Virus record (IMG/VR): IMGVR_UViG_3300036853_000446 | Span: 186,001-250,000 of that record | Strand: one strand, 5' to 3' | DNA length: 64,000 bases | Part shown: positions 39,742-49,069 of the stretch, piece by piece | Position numbering within the stretch: the stretch's first letter is position 1 | How the letters are laid out: every line of letters begins with the position of its first letter | Program-made: the position numbers and the translations under genes | Notes under the pieces: generated by a model | Database searches by the model: none | What the model saw: only the letters and a program-made list of their open reading frames with translations | Told to the model about the DNA's origin: nothing

Positions 39742-40086
39742 ATGATCTACGAATACTATGCGACGCTCGACCGGGTGGTGGACGGCGACACGGTCTGGTT
39801 GCACGTCGATTTGGGGTTCCGGTCGAGCCTCCGGGTCGACTTTCGCCTCTACGGCATCAACGCGCCGGAGATGGTTGGGGCGACCCGAACGGCCGCGATC
39901 GCGTCGAAGACGGAACTCGAGCGGCTCCTCGGGCTCGGACCCATCAGCATTACGACACATAAGGCGGACGCTACGGACAAATACGGGCGCTGGCTCGCCA
40001 CGATCTACGTGCACACGAAAACGGGCCCGGTGAGCGTGAACGACGCCCTCCTGAGCGGGAGTTTCGCCGTGAAGTATCCCGCTTGA
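39742..40086 (+). CDS. Thermonuclease (SNase-like)
   Basis: RVVDGDT, RLYGINAPE, DKYGRWLA. Confidence 0.9.
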   Translation: MIYEYYATLDRVVDGDTVWLHVDLGFRSSLRVDFRLYGINAPEMVGATRTAAIASKTELERLLGLGPISITTHKADATDKYGRWLATIYVHTKTGPVSVNDALLSGSFAVKYPA

Positions 40087-40150
40087 CGCCTGAACCGAAA
40101 AATAGGGCGCGCGCCGGTGTAGTTATCCCCCGAAGGAGGCTGGAAAGCAT

Positions 40151-40474
40151 ATGGGAGACTGGGCAGACGCAGTTCTGGAGGGCGAGTTCTGTGAAGGGTG
40201 TGGAACGGAGATGGAAATCGGGGTGGGTTACCCGCAGCGATGCAAGGCCTGTTCGGAAGCTGGAGACACGGATGATTCTCTGCTCGACGACGGCGCCGAA
40301 AAGGCCGAGTTACTCATGAGAGAGATCCGAATGTTCGACGCCTTGGAGCTTGACCGCTTTCTCTCGGAGCTTCGGGCTTGGCTCACCAGGTCCATCATCA
40401 TCCACTCGGAGGAGGGACAGCCGATTGCGATCGAGTCCACGATCGATCCGACACCCTATTACCCGCCGCGCTAA
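40151..40474 (+). CDS. Hypothetical protein
   Basis: MGDWADAVLEGEFCEGCG; AAGGAGG RBS. Confidence 0.7.
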   Translation: MGDWADAVLEGEFCEGCGTEMEIGVGYPQRCKACSEAGDTDDSLLDDGAEKAELLMREIRMFDALELDRFLSELRAWLTRSIIIHSEEGQPIAIESTIDPTPYYPPR

Positions 40475-40530
40475 AGCCGAGCCCGAGGTATGACTCGAGA
40501 TCGAGCAGGAACGACGGTTACCCTGGGCTC

Positions 40531-42165
40531 TCAGCGTTCGAAAACCGACGCGAACGACTCGAGCTGATCGCGCGTGATGTCGAACTCGAGGACGTAGTGG
40601 GCAAACGCTTCGGCGAAAGCCTCGTCGATGTTGGTTTTGCCGTAGGCGGAGACGGGAACGACGGGGGCGGGATTGTCGACGTAGGAACTGAGCCACTCGG
40701 GGCCGCCCTCGAGCCCCGATAGCTGCTCGTCGGCGACGGCGTTGAAGGCTTTGGCGGCGGCGTCGACCCAGGCGTGCGCCGCCGTGACGACGTCTATCGC
40801 GCCCTGATCGATTGCCGCGCGATCCTGACGGTCGATCGCCTTTCCGAGTTGGCGTTCCGCCTGGCCGAGTGGCAGGTCGTATTCGTTGTGGAGATCGATC
40901 GCCGGTCCGCTCAAAACCTTCGTGTCGTCGACGAGCGAGGTGAAGCGCCGGAGATCCTTCGTCAGACCCTCGAGCGCCGCAGCCATGGCGCGGAGGAGCC
41001 CGGCAGGGTTCGAGGAGGACTCGAGCTTGTCGATGAGGGGATGAAAGCGGTCGGCGAAGCGGTCGACCGCGTGGTGGCCGCTCGCAATGTCCCGGTTGGT
41101 GAAATGCATGACCTTCAAGTGCCGCGGGGCGCCCTCGGGTTGATGCACGGTGTGGACCTTGACGAGGGTCGAAAAGCGCCCGCGCTGCTCCTGGGACATG
41201 CTTTTGAACCAGTACCGGTGCCCTAACTCGTGGATGATCGCGTAGACGGCGCGCGCGCTCGGCTTCGTGTAGAGCCGGACCGTATCGGGGCCCATACGAT
41301 AGGCCCCACCGGCGCCTTTATCGCAGTCCCGACAGATGAAGAGGATGCCGTACCAGGCGGTCTTCAGGTGCTTCTGAGCGAGCGCGCGGTAGGCCTCGAG
41401 CACGTTCTTCATGTAGGGTTCGATGTCCTTTTCCGCCGTTGCGCTCTCGAAGACGACGCGGAGCCCGGCAACGTCAAAAGTAGTGAAGGGCTCCGGCGCC
41501 CACGCACGCGAGAGTGACTCGAAAATCGTGTCGACCCAACCGACGGGGCTCCAGGTCCCTTTGGCTTTGACGACGGCCTTCGGGGCCACGGCCTTGACTG
41601 TCGTCACGAGGTCACGGGGGGAATCGGTGGGCCTCGCCTTCTCGAGGACCTTCTCGGCGGCGCGCGTCACGACGTCGTCAGCGACCGAGTACGTCGTTTT
41701 AAAGAGATCGCCGACCGTCTTGACCGAGGTTTCAACACGATAGACGCAAGCCCAGCCGGCGGCGTGACGGAGCTGTTCGGCGACGCCCCTCGAGTCGGGG
41801 TCGAAAATGTAACGGTTGCGGAAGGACTCGAGGTTCCACCAGGGGATGAGCGAGAGGCGGAGGCTCCGCTTGGCTTCACGGACCGCCGGGGCGACGGCGT
41901 CCGCGTGAGTTGGAGCGACCTTGGCAAAATCGCGCTCAAAGTCGTCGAAGAACGCGGTCAAGGAGGCTTCGACCTTGCCACTCCAGAACTGGAGGCCGCC
42001 GTCGAGGGGCTCTTTCAGGATCGCCCGTAGCTCGCCGGCCTTGGCCTTGAACCATTTTGCCGGGATTGAGGCAGCGATCCGCGTTCGGCGGAGCGCGAGC
42101 CGGATGAAATACCGAAGAGCCACCTGCTCGGACGTGTGGACGATCGATCTCCGCGAGGTTCTCAT
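40531..42165 (-). CDS. Leader-bearing zincin metallopeptidase
   Basis: EQVALRYF..RIAA leader; IHELGHRYW and SAYGKTNIDEAFAEAF. Confidence 0.8.
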   Translation of the reverse strand: MRTSRRSIVHTSEQVALRYFIRLALRRTRIAASIPAKWFKAKAGELRAILKEPLDGGLQFWSGKVEASLTAFFDDFERDFAKVAPTHADAVAPAVREAKRSLRLSLIPWWNLESFRNRYIFDPDSRGVAEQLRHAAGWACVYRVETSVKTVGDLFKTTYSVADDVVTRAAEKVLEKARPTDSPRDLVTTVKAVAPKAVVKAKGTWSPVGWVDTIFESLSRAWAPEPFTTFDVAGLRVVFESATAEKDIEPYMKNVLEAYRALAQKHLKTAWYGILFICRDCDKGAGGAYRMGPDTVRLYTKPSARAVYAIIHELGHRYWFKSMSQEQRGRFSTLVKVHTVHQPEGAPRHLKVMHFTNRDIASGHHAVDRFADRFHPLIDKLESSSNPAGLLRAMAAALEGLTKDLRRFTSLVDDTKVLSGPAIDLHNEYDLPLGQAERQLGKAIDRQDRAAIDQGAIDVVTAAHAWVDAAAKAFNAVADEQLSGLEGGPEWLSSYVDNPAPVVPVSAYGKTNIDEAFAEAFAHYVLEFDITRDQLESFASVFER

Positions 42166-42221
42166 TTGGCCTACCCTTAGCCGCGAATCGATGAAAAGCG
42201 ACCGTGGGGGCCTCGGGCGCC

Positions 42222-42578
42222 TTACTGCATGAGCCGCCTAGCTTCAGGGCACCGTTGGGAGTCCTCCAGACACCGCCCTTGGTGCTCGGCCAATTGTTGA
42301 TCTCGTCTCCGCCGCTCGAGTTCGAACCGGGTCAAGCTCTCAAAGAACGTCAAGAAACGAGCGTCGTCGGTGGGGAGATCCCATTCGATTTCCTCGAAAC
42401 AAGTCCGAAGAAGCTGAGCAATCACGGATGACAGGCCTTGTGTCTGACCGATGACACGCCTGATGAGCCCCTCGCGCGCGGCGGGATCGGGGCTGCCCCA
42501 CTGCTCTGAAATCGCGCTAAGGGCCATTTCTAGTGCAGCAGCTTCATTGGACACGGAGTCAGAGCGTTGGTTGGTCAC
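42222..42578 (-). CDS. Hypothetical protein
   Basis: AGGTGTA 11 nt upstream. Confidence 0.6.
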   Translation of the reverse strand: MTNQRSDSVSNEAAALEMALSAISEQWGSPDPAAREGLIRRVIGQTQGLSSVIAQLLRTCFEEIEWDLPTDDARFLTFFESLTRFELERRRRDQQLAEHQGRCLEDSQRCPEARRLMQ

Positions 42579-42712
42579 TCAGGGGATGTTACACCTGAGG
42601 CGTCGCAGGGCAGATTGGAAGACGAGTTCTGGCCCCGGTTTGGTCAGGTGACCGACAAGGGTCGTGTTCACATATTCGTAGTTTAAAGAATGCATGCTAG
42701 GATCTAAAAACG

Positions 42713-42913
42713 ATGAGAGTCCTGAAGCGGACCCCTGCCACCCTAATGAACGATGAGAATTCCGAGCTGAAGGTCAGCGGTGATCTCGGTCCCGAGTGGG
42801 AGGCTGAAATCCAGCGACGGGTTGCAAGGCTCGACGCTGGCCTAGCCGAACTCATCCCAGCCGAAGAAGTCTTCGAAGAGTTGGCCCAGAAATTTGGCTT
42901 TCGGCTTCGATAA
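42713..42913 (+). CDS. Orphan addiction-module antitoxin (TIGR02574-like)
   Basis: WEAEIQRRVARLDAG..IPAEEVFEEL. Confidence 0.7.
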   Translation: MRVLKRTPATLMNDENSELKVSGDLGPEWEAEIQRRVARLDAGLAELIPAEEVFEELAQKFGFRLR

Positions 42914-42949
42914 AGAGCGGTCCAGATTTTATTGTTCGTCAGCGAGAGT

Positions 42950-42982
42950 ATGTCTCTCGCACATCGGGTTGCTGCCCGTAGG
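42950..42982 (+). pseudogene. Leader stub MSLAHRVAARR colliding with the 3' end of the opposite-strand ART gene
   Basis: ATG at 42950 after TTTTATTG; frame runs antisense into 42985..43773 and stops at 43093. Confidence 0.5.
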
Positions 42983-42984
42983 AC

Positions 42985-43773
42985 TCAGGTCTTTGCTTTC
43001 AGGTCGACCTTGACCGACTCCCATGAGCCATCGTCCCAGTATTTGCACCATTCGATGAGCTGGACCCGCACGACCTCATGCTTGTTTAGGTAAAGCTCCC
43101 GCTCCTCTTCGTACTCGGGCAGTACCATGAACTGAGCCGGTATATAGTTGCGCCGCTGATCGTCGCGCCGAATCACGCCGCTCAGGATGATGGGCAGTTG
43201 ATTACCCTCAGGCGCATGCGAACCTCCGGCGTATGCCCGAAGCGTGGTGCGGTTGTCAGGGCTGGTCCAGCTTGCCCCCAACCCCTGTCGCGTGATGACC
43301 TTCCAGATGGCAGCCCCGAGGGCGCTCGGCTTGTCTCGTAACTCGGCGAGATTCGGAACCTCGATGCGCATACCCCGGGCGATGGCTCGGGGCGTCGGCT
43401 GACAGACATGAGCCCCCGAGACCCAATCGTCCTTTTCGATGAGCCCATTGATGCTCGGAGCATCGGACACGAAGAAAAGCTTCAGCCGGGGATCTTCATC
43501 GAGCGTCCAGGTGCGGCCACGAGGCGTCGACCTGATGACGAACTTCTTGTCACATTTTACGCATTTGGTGATCCACCCGGGGTCACTCTTGTTGACCTTC
43601 CACTGGATGAGGTCGTGACCACGGGCTTCCGCGTCCCCGTGCCACCGCTTGGCTAAGGCTTCGATGTCAGGAGACGGAAAGCCATTTCTCGGACCTTTGA
43701 AGCTCGCGATGACCAAGGCTCCTTGTCGGGTGCTCGAATAACGGGCGGCGACTCGGCGTGCAATGCGGCTCAC
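42985..43773 (-). CDS. Leader-bearing ADP-ribosyltransferase-like protein
   Basis: MSRIARRVAARY leader; IARG, GLGASWTS, YEEERE (R-S-E pattern). Confidence 0.6.
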   Translation of the reverse strand: MSRIARRVAARYSSTRQGALVIASFKGPRNGFPSPDIEALAKRWHGDAEARGHDLIQWKVNKSDPGWITKCVKCDKKFVIRSTPRGRTWTLDEDPRLKLFFVSDAPSINGLIEKDDWVSGAHVCQPTPRAIARGMRIEVPNLAELRDKPSALGAAIWKVITRQGLGASWTSPDNRTTLRAYAGGSHAPEGNQLPIILSGVIRRDDQRRNYIPAQFMVLPEYEEERELYLNKHEVVRVQLIEWCKYWDDGSWESVKVDLKAKT

Positions 43774-44025
43774 GACAAGGTCGTAGCAGCAAAGGATTCG
43801 CCTTCAATCGCGGACGCGGCTTTGCCAAAAATTGCCCGGGCAATAAATTTTGGAAATCGCACCCTTTCCGGCTGCTGGTGGACCACCTTCAAAGTCGACT
43901 ATAGGGAATTCGAGAGCGCTCGGGCGCCGATATTACGGAAAATGACGACGATTGGGTCATTTACGGACGCCGTGCAAGACGACTGAACCGTGGTGGTGGT
44001 AGGCCGGCGATTGAGGTTCCCCACG

Positions 44026-44355
44026 ATGAAGAAAACAAAGAAGGCCGCCAAGGCCACCGCCAAGCCGAAAGCGCAGCCCAAGGCCAAGGCGACGATCAAG
44101 GCCAAGGCCAAGGCCGTCTCGAAGAAGAGAAGGCCGGCAAAGGTCGCCAAGAAGCTTCCGGAGGTGCTTGTGAGGAGCCCTACGATGGGCCCCGTGAGGT
44201 TCTGGGCCCCTCCGGGGTCGAGGTCCGCGCACGTCCAAAACCTGTTTTCGCTCGCTGAGCTGCTGCACGACGAGAGCGAGGCGGATGAAGACGGCTTCAT
44301 CAAGGGCGCCGGGTTCGATCGCTATGGCGGGTTCGAAGGCGACGGCCTTTCATGA
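44026..44355 (+). CDS. Histone H1-like Lys/Ala-rich protein
   Basis: KKTKKAAKATAKPKAQPKAKATIKAKAK N-terminus, acidic C-terminus. Confidence 0.7.
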   Translation: MKKTKKAAKATAKPKAQPKAKATIKAKAKAVSKKRRPAKVAKKLPEVLVRSPTMGPVRFWAPPGSRSAHVQNLFSLAELLHDESEADEDGFIKGAGFDRYGGFEGDGLS

Positions 44356-44536
44356 CGGCATCCGGGTGTAACTCCGCGAAGGTCGCCTTCCTCGAGTGGC
44401 TGCGCGGGCGGATGAAAGCGGAGGACCTACGCGGATCTAGCGAATCCCCATTGATTCAAGTGTCGGGAATCGATGGGTATTGTCGGTGTTTTGGAATTGA
44501 CCTCCATGATATGCTTAGTCTAGCCCCTCGGTTGCA

Positions 44537-44812
44537 ATGACGAATCAACGATCCATCCGCCGCAAGCCGTCCAAAGCCCCCCGACCCAGTCCGACAAACG
44601 GTCGAGCATCTCAGCCGGCGGTCAATCCGCGAAATCTCGAGGCCTATACTCGGCACATCGCGGACAACATCGTCGCGAACATCGATCCCAACGTCGGCTT
44701 CGTGCTCATCACGGCCATGAAGGACCACGCAACATGTGAGCACACCGTGATTCACAACTTCACGTCCGAGATGGCCGTCCACCTGCTCGAGAGCGCCGTC
44801 GACCACGTTTGA
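44537..44812 (+). CDS. Hypothetical protein
   Basis: 91 aa ORF. Confidence 0.55.
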   Translation: MTNQRSIRRKPSKAPRPSPTNGRASQPAVNPRNLEAYTRHIADNIVANIDPNVGFVLITAMKDHATCEHTVIHNFTSEMAVHLLESAVDHV

Positions 44813-44853
44813 TTTGATCACCGTGGTGCCTCTGCCGGGGCCCAGATGACAGC

Positions 44854-45018
44854 CTAGGGCTCCCCTGCCGACCAGAGCGTGTAAGGCCAGAAGAGCGGCA
44901 TGCAGATCTTCTCGAGTAGGGTGGGCGCGCGGTCATCGACCGTCTTGCCCACCACGACGTTGGTCACGATGGCGCCGCCGAGATAGATTCCGACGAGGAG
45001 GCCGAGTAGAAAGGTCAT
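44854..45018 (-). CDS. Small membrane protein (not in ORF track)
   Basis: MTFLLGLLVGIYLGGAIV..LFWPYTLW; TGGTGTA 10 nt upstream. Confidence 0.6.
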   Translation of the reverse strand: MTFLLGLLVGIYLGGAIVTNVVVGKTVDDRAPTLLEKICMPLFWPYTLWSAGEP

Positions 45019-45659
45019 GCCGGGTAGCTACACCACGGGACTCCGCACGGCACCACCCCATGACGCCGACTTTCGGTCAATGCAGCGTCTCGCGGAGCCC
45101 GTAGAGGTCGAGGCAGTCCTCCCGAGACTCCTTCGCGAGGGTCGCATCGTGGAAGCGCACGGCGTAGTATCGGGTCCCGTCGGGCCCGCTGACGGTCAAG
45201 AGCAGGTCCGCGGTGCCCTCCTTCAGCAGCTCGTAGACCCGCTCGGGGGACTCGACCAGCGTCTGCGAGCAGCCCTCGGGGTTGAGGGCCTGGATGATGC
45301 GGAGCTTCAGGTCCGATCGCCGCTGCTCGCGTGCTTCCTTGCGCCAAAAAATGACCCGGGCCCAAATTTCGAAGATTCCCTTCACTGCGCACCTTGGTCG
45401 GCTTGTAAGCGGTTTGACGAGATTGCGAGCGCGGTTTTCTGGAAATGAAGAGGGGGAGGACATTGGCCCTGTCTCCCGTCATCCGGCATGGAGCCCGGTG
45501 CCGCCCGGTCACTGCCCCGTCTGCAAAGCCAAGCCGGGCGAGGCTTGCGACGCGGGGCTGCACTCGTGAGTCTGGCCCTTCGGTTTCGTGCGTCGCGATG
45601 ACCTCGTGATGCTTCAAAGGGGGACGCTGCAAGAAGAGCTGGGTGTAAGACTCCCAGCC

Positions 45660-45827
45660 ATGGTGATGGTCACGTTCCGGTGCCCCCTGACGGGCGAGAC
45701 TCAGACGGAAGTCCTGTGCGAGGGGTGCGCCGAAGCGCTCGAGCCTCTTCCGCCGGACGTGAGGGAAGCGGACGCCGACGTCGAGTGCACGACGTGTCCC
45801 CGGTTAAACGAGCCCGCCGGGGGATGA
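45660..45827 (+). CDS. Small Zn-binding protein
   Basis: CEGC..CTTC; GGGTGTA 12 nt upstream. Confidence 0.55.
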   Translation: MVMVTFRCPLTGETQTEVLCEGCAEALEPLPPDVREADADVECTTCPRLNEPAGG

Positions 45828-45837
45828 ATGACCCACG

Positions 45838-46188
45838 TCACAAGTTCGGAGTGGGCTCGTCCACCCAAACCCGGATCCCCTCCTCCGTGCGCTGAAGCGT
45901 GACCGCAAGGCCCCGGTCGAGAAGGTCCCCGGCGATGCGGAGGGCGTCCTCTAGCGTGCCGTGAAGGGCGGGCGACCCGACGTAAGACGTCTCCGCCAAA
46001 AGGCGCCCACGGCCCCCGTCGGCGACCGTGATGGCCATCCGCGGCGCCGCGTCGCGCTCCCGTCTGATAGAGCGAGCGAACGAGGCGAGCCGATCGCAGC
46101 CCATGAGCGTGGCGCTGATCTCCTCGAGGAGACGGGAGAGTAGGAGTCCGGAGTGAGGGCCGCCGGGGAGCGAGGGTTGTTGGGCCAC
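45838..46188 (-). CDS. Hypothetical protein
   Basis: CGGTGTA 11 nt upstream of the GTG. Confidence 0.55.
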   Translation of the reverse strand: MAQQPSLPGGPHSGLLLSRLLEEISATLMGCDRLASFARSIRRERDAAPRMAITVADGGRGRLLAETSYVGSPALHGTLEDALRIAGDLLDRGLAVTLQRTEEGIRVWVDEPTPNL

Positions 46189-46639
46189 GAAGAGAAGGGT
46201 ACACCGGTGGCCGGCGTCCACGAAGACCGCTCGCCGTCGAAGCTGGCGTCCACAGGGGGCAAAATCGGGCGTGAGACCCTCCGAGGACCGCGCCTAAGCC
46301 ATTGAAATAGGCAGCGATTTGGAAAGTTCGTCGAACGGACGCTTTCGGGCGTCGGCGCGATGGGGGAGAGCCGAAATACCCCATAAATGCCGTATTTTCG
46401 GACCCGCCGCGAGAGCCGTTTTGGACCTGCGTGGAATGAATCGCGAGTCATGGCCTGCTGGCACTCTAAATCACGGTAAGAGCGGACGATTTTGACCACC
46501 GGAGCCCAAATTTGGACCCCAAGGACCACGAAATGGGTCCCCTTTTGGTGGGGTGAGGGGGTGCGAAACGGAAAATGCCCCGGCGAGCGGCAACCACAAA
46601 GGCAAACCCTCAACACCGGATTCTCCATACAATGGACCC

Positions 46640-46897
46640 ATGCCGGAGCTGCCATCACTCAAAGGACGCTATTTCATCGTCGGTCTCTGCTGTGACTGTT
46701 GGGACCGGTGCAACGCCGACCGCAAACTCGACCCCGAGCGCCGCGCCGCTATCGAGGAGCAAGTCGCCGAGCAGACGCGGAATTTCGACAAGGACGACCT
46801 GGCAGACAACCGCTGTCCCGTTTGCGACGAAAACATCAACGCCGGCATCTACGTCCGGGTCACGCCCGAGACGCTGCGCAAGATGCGGCCTATTTGA
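46640..46897 (+). CDS. Zn-binding hypothetical protein
   Basis: CCDC..CPVC. Confidence 0.6.
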   Translation: MPELPSLKGRYFIVGLCCDCWDRCNADRKLDPERRAAIEEQVAEQTRNFDKDDLADNRCPVCDENINAGIYVRVTPETLRKMRPI

Positions 46898-47028
46898 CCC
46901 TGAGGGATCGGACGCCCATAGGCCCGAGATCCGCGGGGGCGAGAATTGAAAAAGACTACCGGGGCCAAATTTCGAGACTTCGGGCGAATCGGGAAGGACT
47001 TCAGCAAGGCCCGGGGGTGGACGCCTCA

Positions 47029-47109
47029 GAGGCCCGGCGAAGCCTGGCGTTGGGAGGGAGGAACAGGACCATCCGAGGGCACCTGAGGCCCGGCGGAGCC
47101 TGGCGTTGG
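47029..47109. repeat. 25-nt direct repeat, 56-nt period, in a GGA-rich non-coding tract
   Basis: gaggcccggcg(a/g)agcctggcgttgg at 47029-47053 and 47085-47109. Confidence 0.85.
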
Positions 47110-47345
47110 ACGGAGGACAGGGGGATCCGAGGGCGTTGACGGGGGATCCGAGGACGTCTCAGGATCTGAAATCCGGCCCAGATGCCGGAGAGCACGGGGC
47201 AGAATTTGGGGATCCGGAGGGAGCACGAATCCACTTACCATCGACCCATGTATTGAATACGCCCCTCCAGGGTACCCGGCCACCTGGCCAAGATAATCGA
47301 CCGGATTTAAGTCAAGCACTATTTTACGGCGGGCGGTCGATTTAT

Positions 47346-47397
47346 GTACCGGCAGCTGTAACACTTCCGGCTCGCCGGTTGTTACAGCTGCCGGTAC
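47346..47397. repeat. Perfect 18-bp inverted repeat
   Basis: gtaccggcagctgtaaca (47346-47363) / tgttacagctgccggtac (47380-47397). Confidence 0.9.
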
Positions 47398-47419
47398 GTT
47401 CCTGAGTACCAATGGGGGA

Positions 47420-47668
47420 ATGAGCGGACGTCAACCCATTGTTGAAGATTCAACGACGGGTGTCACTGTTGGCTTCATGGAGGAGACCCAGGGGATGGCA
47501 CGTTACCGCGAGCTGGTGGCTAAGTGGATGGCAGTGCGTGAGAGCGCCGGGGTGCCGCTCACGCAGGCAGAGGAAGTCCGCTGGGCGGGCGAGGTCGACC
47601 GCATCTGGGTGGCGCTGACCGAGGACGAGCAAGACACGCTCGAGCTGGAGCGACGTCTCCGCGGGTGA
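47420..47668 (+). CDS. Hypothetical protein
   Basis: 82 aa helical ORF. Confidence 0.55.
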   Translation: MSGRQPIVEDSTTGVTVGFMEETQGMARYRELVAKWMAVRESAGVPLTQAEEVRWAGEVDRIWVALTEDEQDTLELERRLRG

Positions 47669-47821
47669 GTGATCGGTCGTGCGGGGGAAGTCCCCACCCT
47701 CCACTCCCTGAGTACGGGTCGGAGGGGCAGCTTTGATCCTATGAAATTCAGATGGATCAAACCTGGGGCTTCAACTCGTACTCGAGGGAGTGGTGGGTGG
47801 GAACCGGTGTAGTGAGGGGGG

Positions 47822-48109
47822 ATGTTGGACGACGATCTGGAGCTTAGCGCCCTGAGGGCACTCAACGCGCGCCTCGAGGCCCTGTACGCGCGCCTCGGGG
47901 AAGGCGGGGACTGCCCGAAGCCCGTGCTCGAGATCGCTATTGACGCCCTCGAGAGGGAGGTCGTGTTGCTGATCCAGGCTCGGTGTGATGCGCGGCTCAG
48001 CTCGGGACGCCGACCCTCTGGGGTGTCTCAAACCGGGGGACTGAACGAGCAAAATTCCGTGTCGTTACCGGATACTGAACTGTCCCGTTGCGCCGGCTCG
48101 GGGCACTGA
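47822..48109 (+). CDS. Hypothetical protein
   Basis: CGGTGTA 10 nt upstream. Confidence 0.55.
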   Translation: MLDDDLELSALRALNARLEALYARLGEGGDCPKPVLEIAIDALEREVVLLIQARCDARLSSGRRPSGVSQTGGLNEQNSVSLPDTELSRCAGSGH

Positions 48110-48173
48110 ACTAGGGTTTTGCGCCGGAATGGGAGACTGAACGGCGCCGAATCCGCCTTCGGAGCGCATCGCG

Positions 48174-48395
48174 ATGGGCTTTTTCTCACGCTGGTTTGGG
48201 CCCCGTCCGGGCGGATCCGAGCGTCCCGAGCCCGTCGCAACCCTCCCAGCGCCGCCACCCGCGCCGTGGTGTCCGAGCTGCGGGCGCTCGGAAGGGGTTC
48301 TCAGCTCGACCCGGGATGCCTACGGGCGCTACTGCACTCGGTGTGGGCACGGGTGGCAGGTTGACGGCGTCGTTCCCGAGGGGCTCGAGCCGTGA
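48174..48395 (+). CDS. Zn-ribbon protein
   Basis: MGFFSRWFG; CPSC..CTRCG. Confidence 0.6.
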   Translation: MGFFSRWFGPRPGGSERPEPVATLPAPPPAPWCPSCGRSEGVLSSTRDAYGRYCTRCGHGWQVDGVVPEGLEP

Positions 48396-49069
48396 CGTCC
48401 GCGACGCGACACCCGAGCACCCCGCCGCTGACGCCCTGAGGGGCCTCCTCGAGCGCCCGCGGGCGTCGGGTGCACCGAGCGACGGGAGGGGCGCTCGGTG
48501 CCTGTAAACGGGCTGTGGGAGCCTCCGGGGCGATGGGCGCGGCGGAGGTCCCTTGGGCGCCCGCGTTTCTCTTGGGAATACGTCGCTTTCTGTAAAAACC
48601 GCGCCGTTGTTTCGTCTCGTGCCGGCCCATTTTAGGTTACTCTCACTCGTTTCGGCGCACGGGCGGGGTCATCTCGTTTCTGACTGAGACACCCAGCTCG
48701 GTGCCGCCGCCCTCAGCGAAGCTCGACTCCCCGGCAGCGAGCGGCTCAAAAGGTCCGCGCGCGCCCTTCCAAGATGGGAGTTAACGGCGCGCCACCAGAA
48801 AACAGCGGCGGATTGGATACTCTGGTCACCCCTCAGGTACCGCTTGTTAATGCGCTCCGGGCTCAGTCGTTTTCGATTGACATTCGACAAATAGCGCTCC
48901 CCCCGGCGCCCCTTCTTACTGGACGCGCAATCGGCCCAACGGCCATGAAAAGAATGAGCAAATCGGCCGGTCGAAACTGGCCTTAACGCAGCCCTAACTG
49001 AGACTTGGCCGACCCGCCGGTTTGATCATTCCTGCCTCCCCCCTCCGACCCGGCCTTCGGCCCTGGTCT

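Noticed and set aside
44364-44883. GGGTGTA 44364 and GCGTGTA 44877 as promoters
   Set aside because: No credible start at 9-12 nt; they lie inside other ORFs
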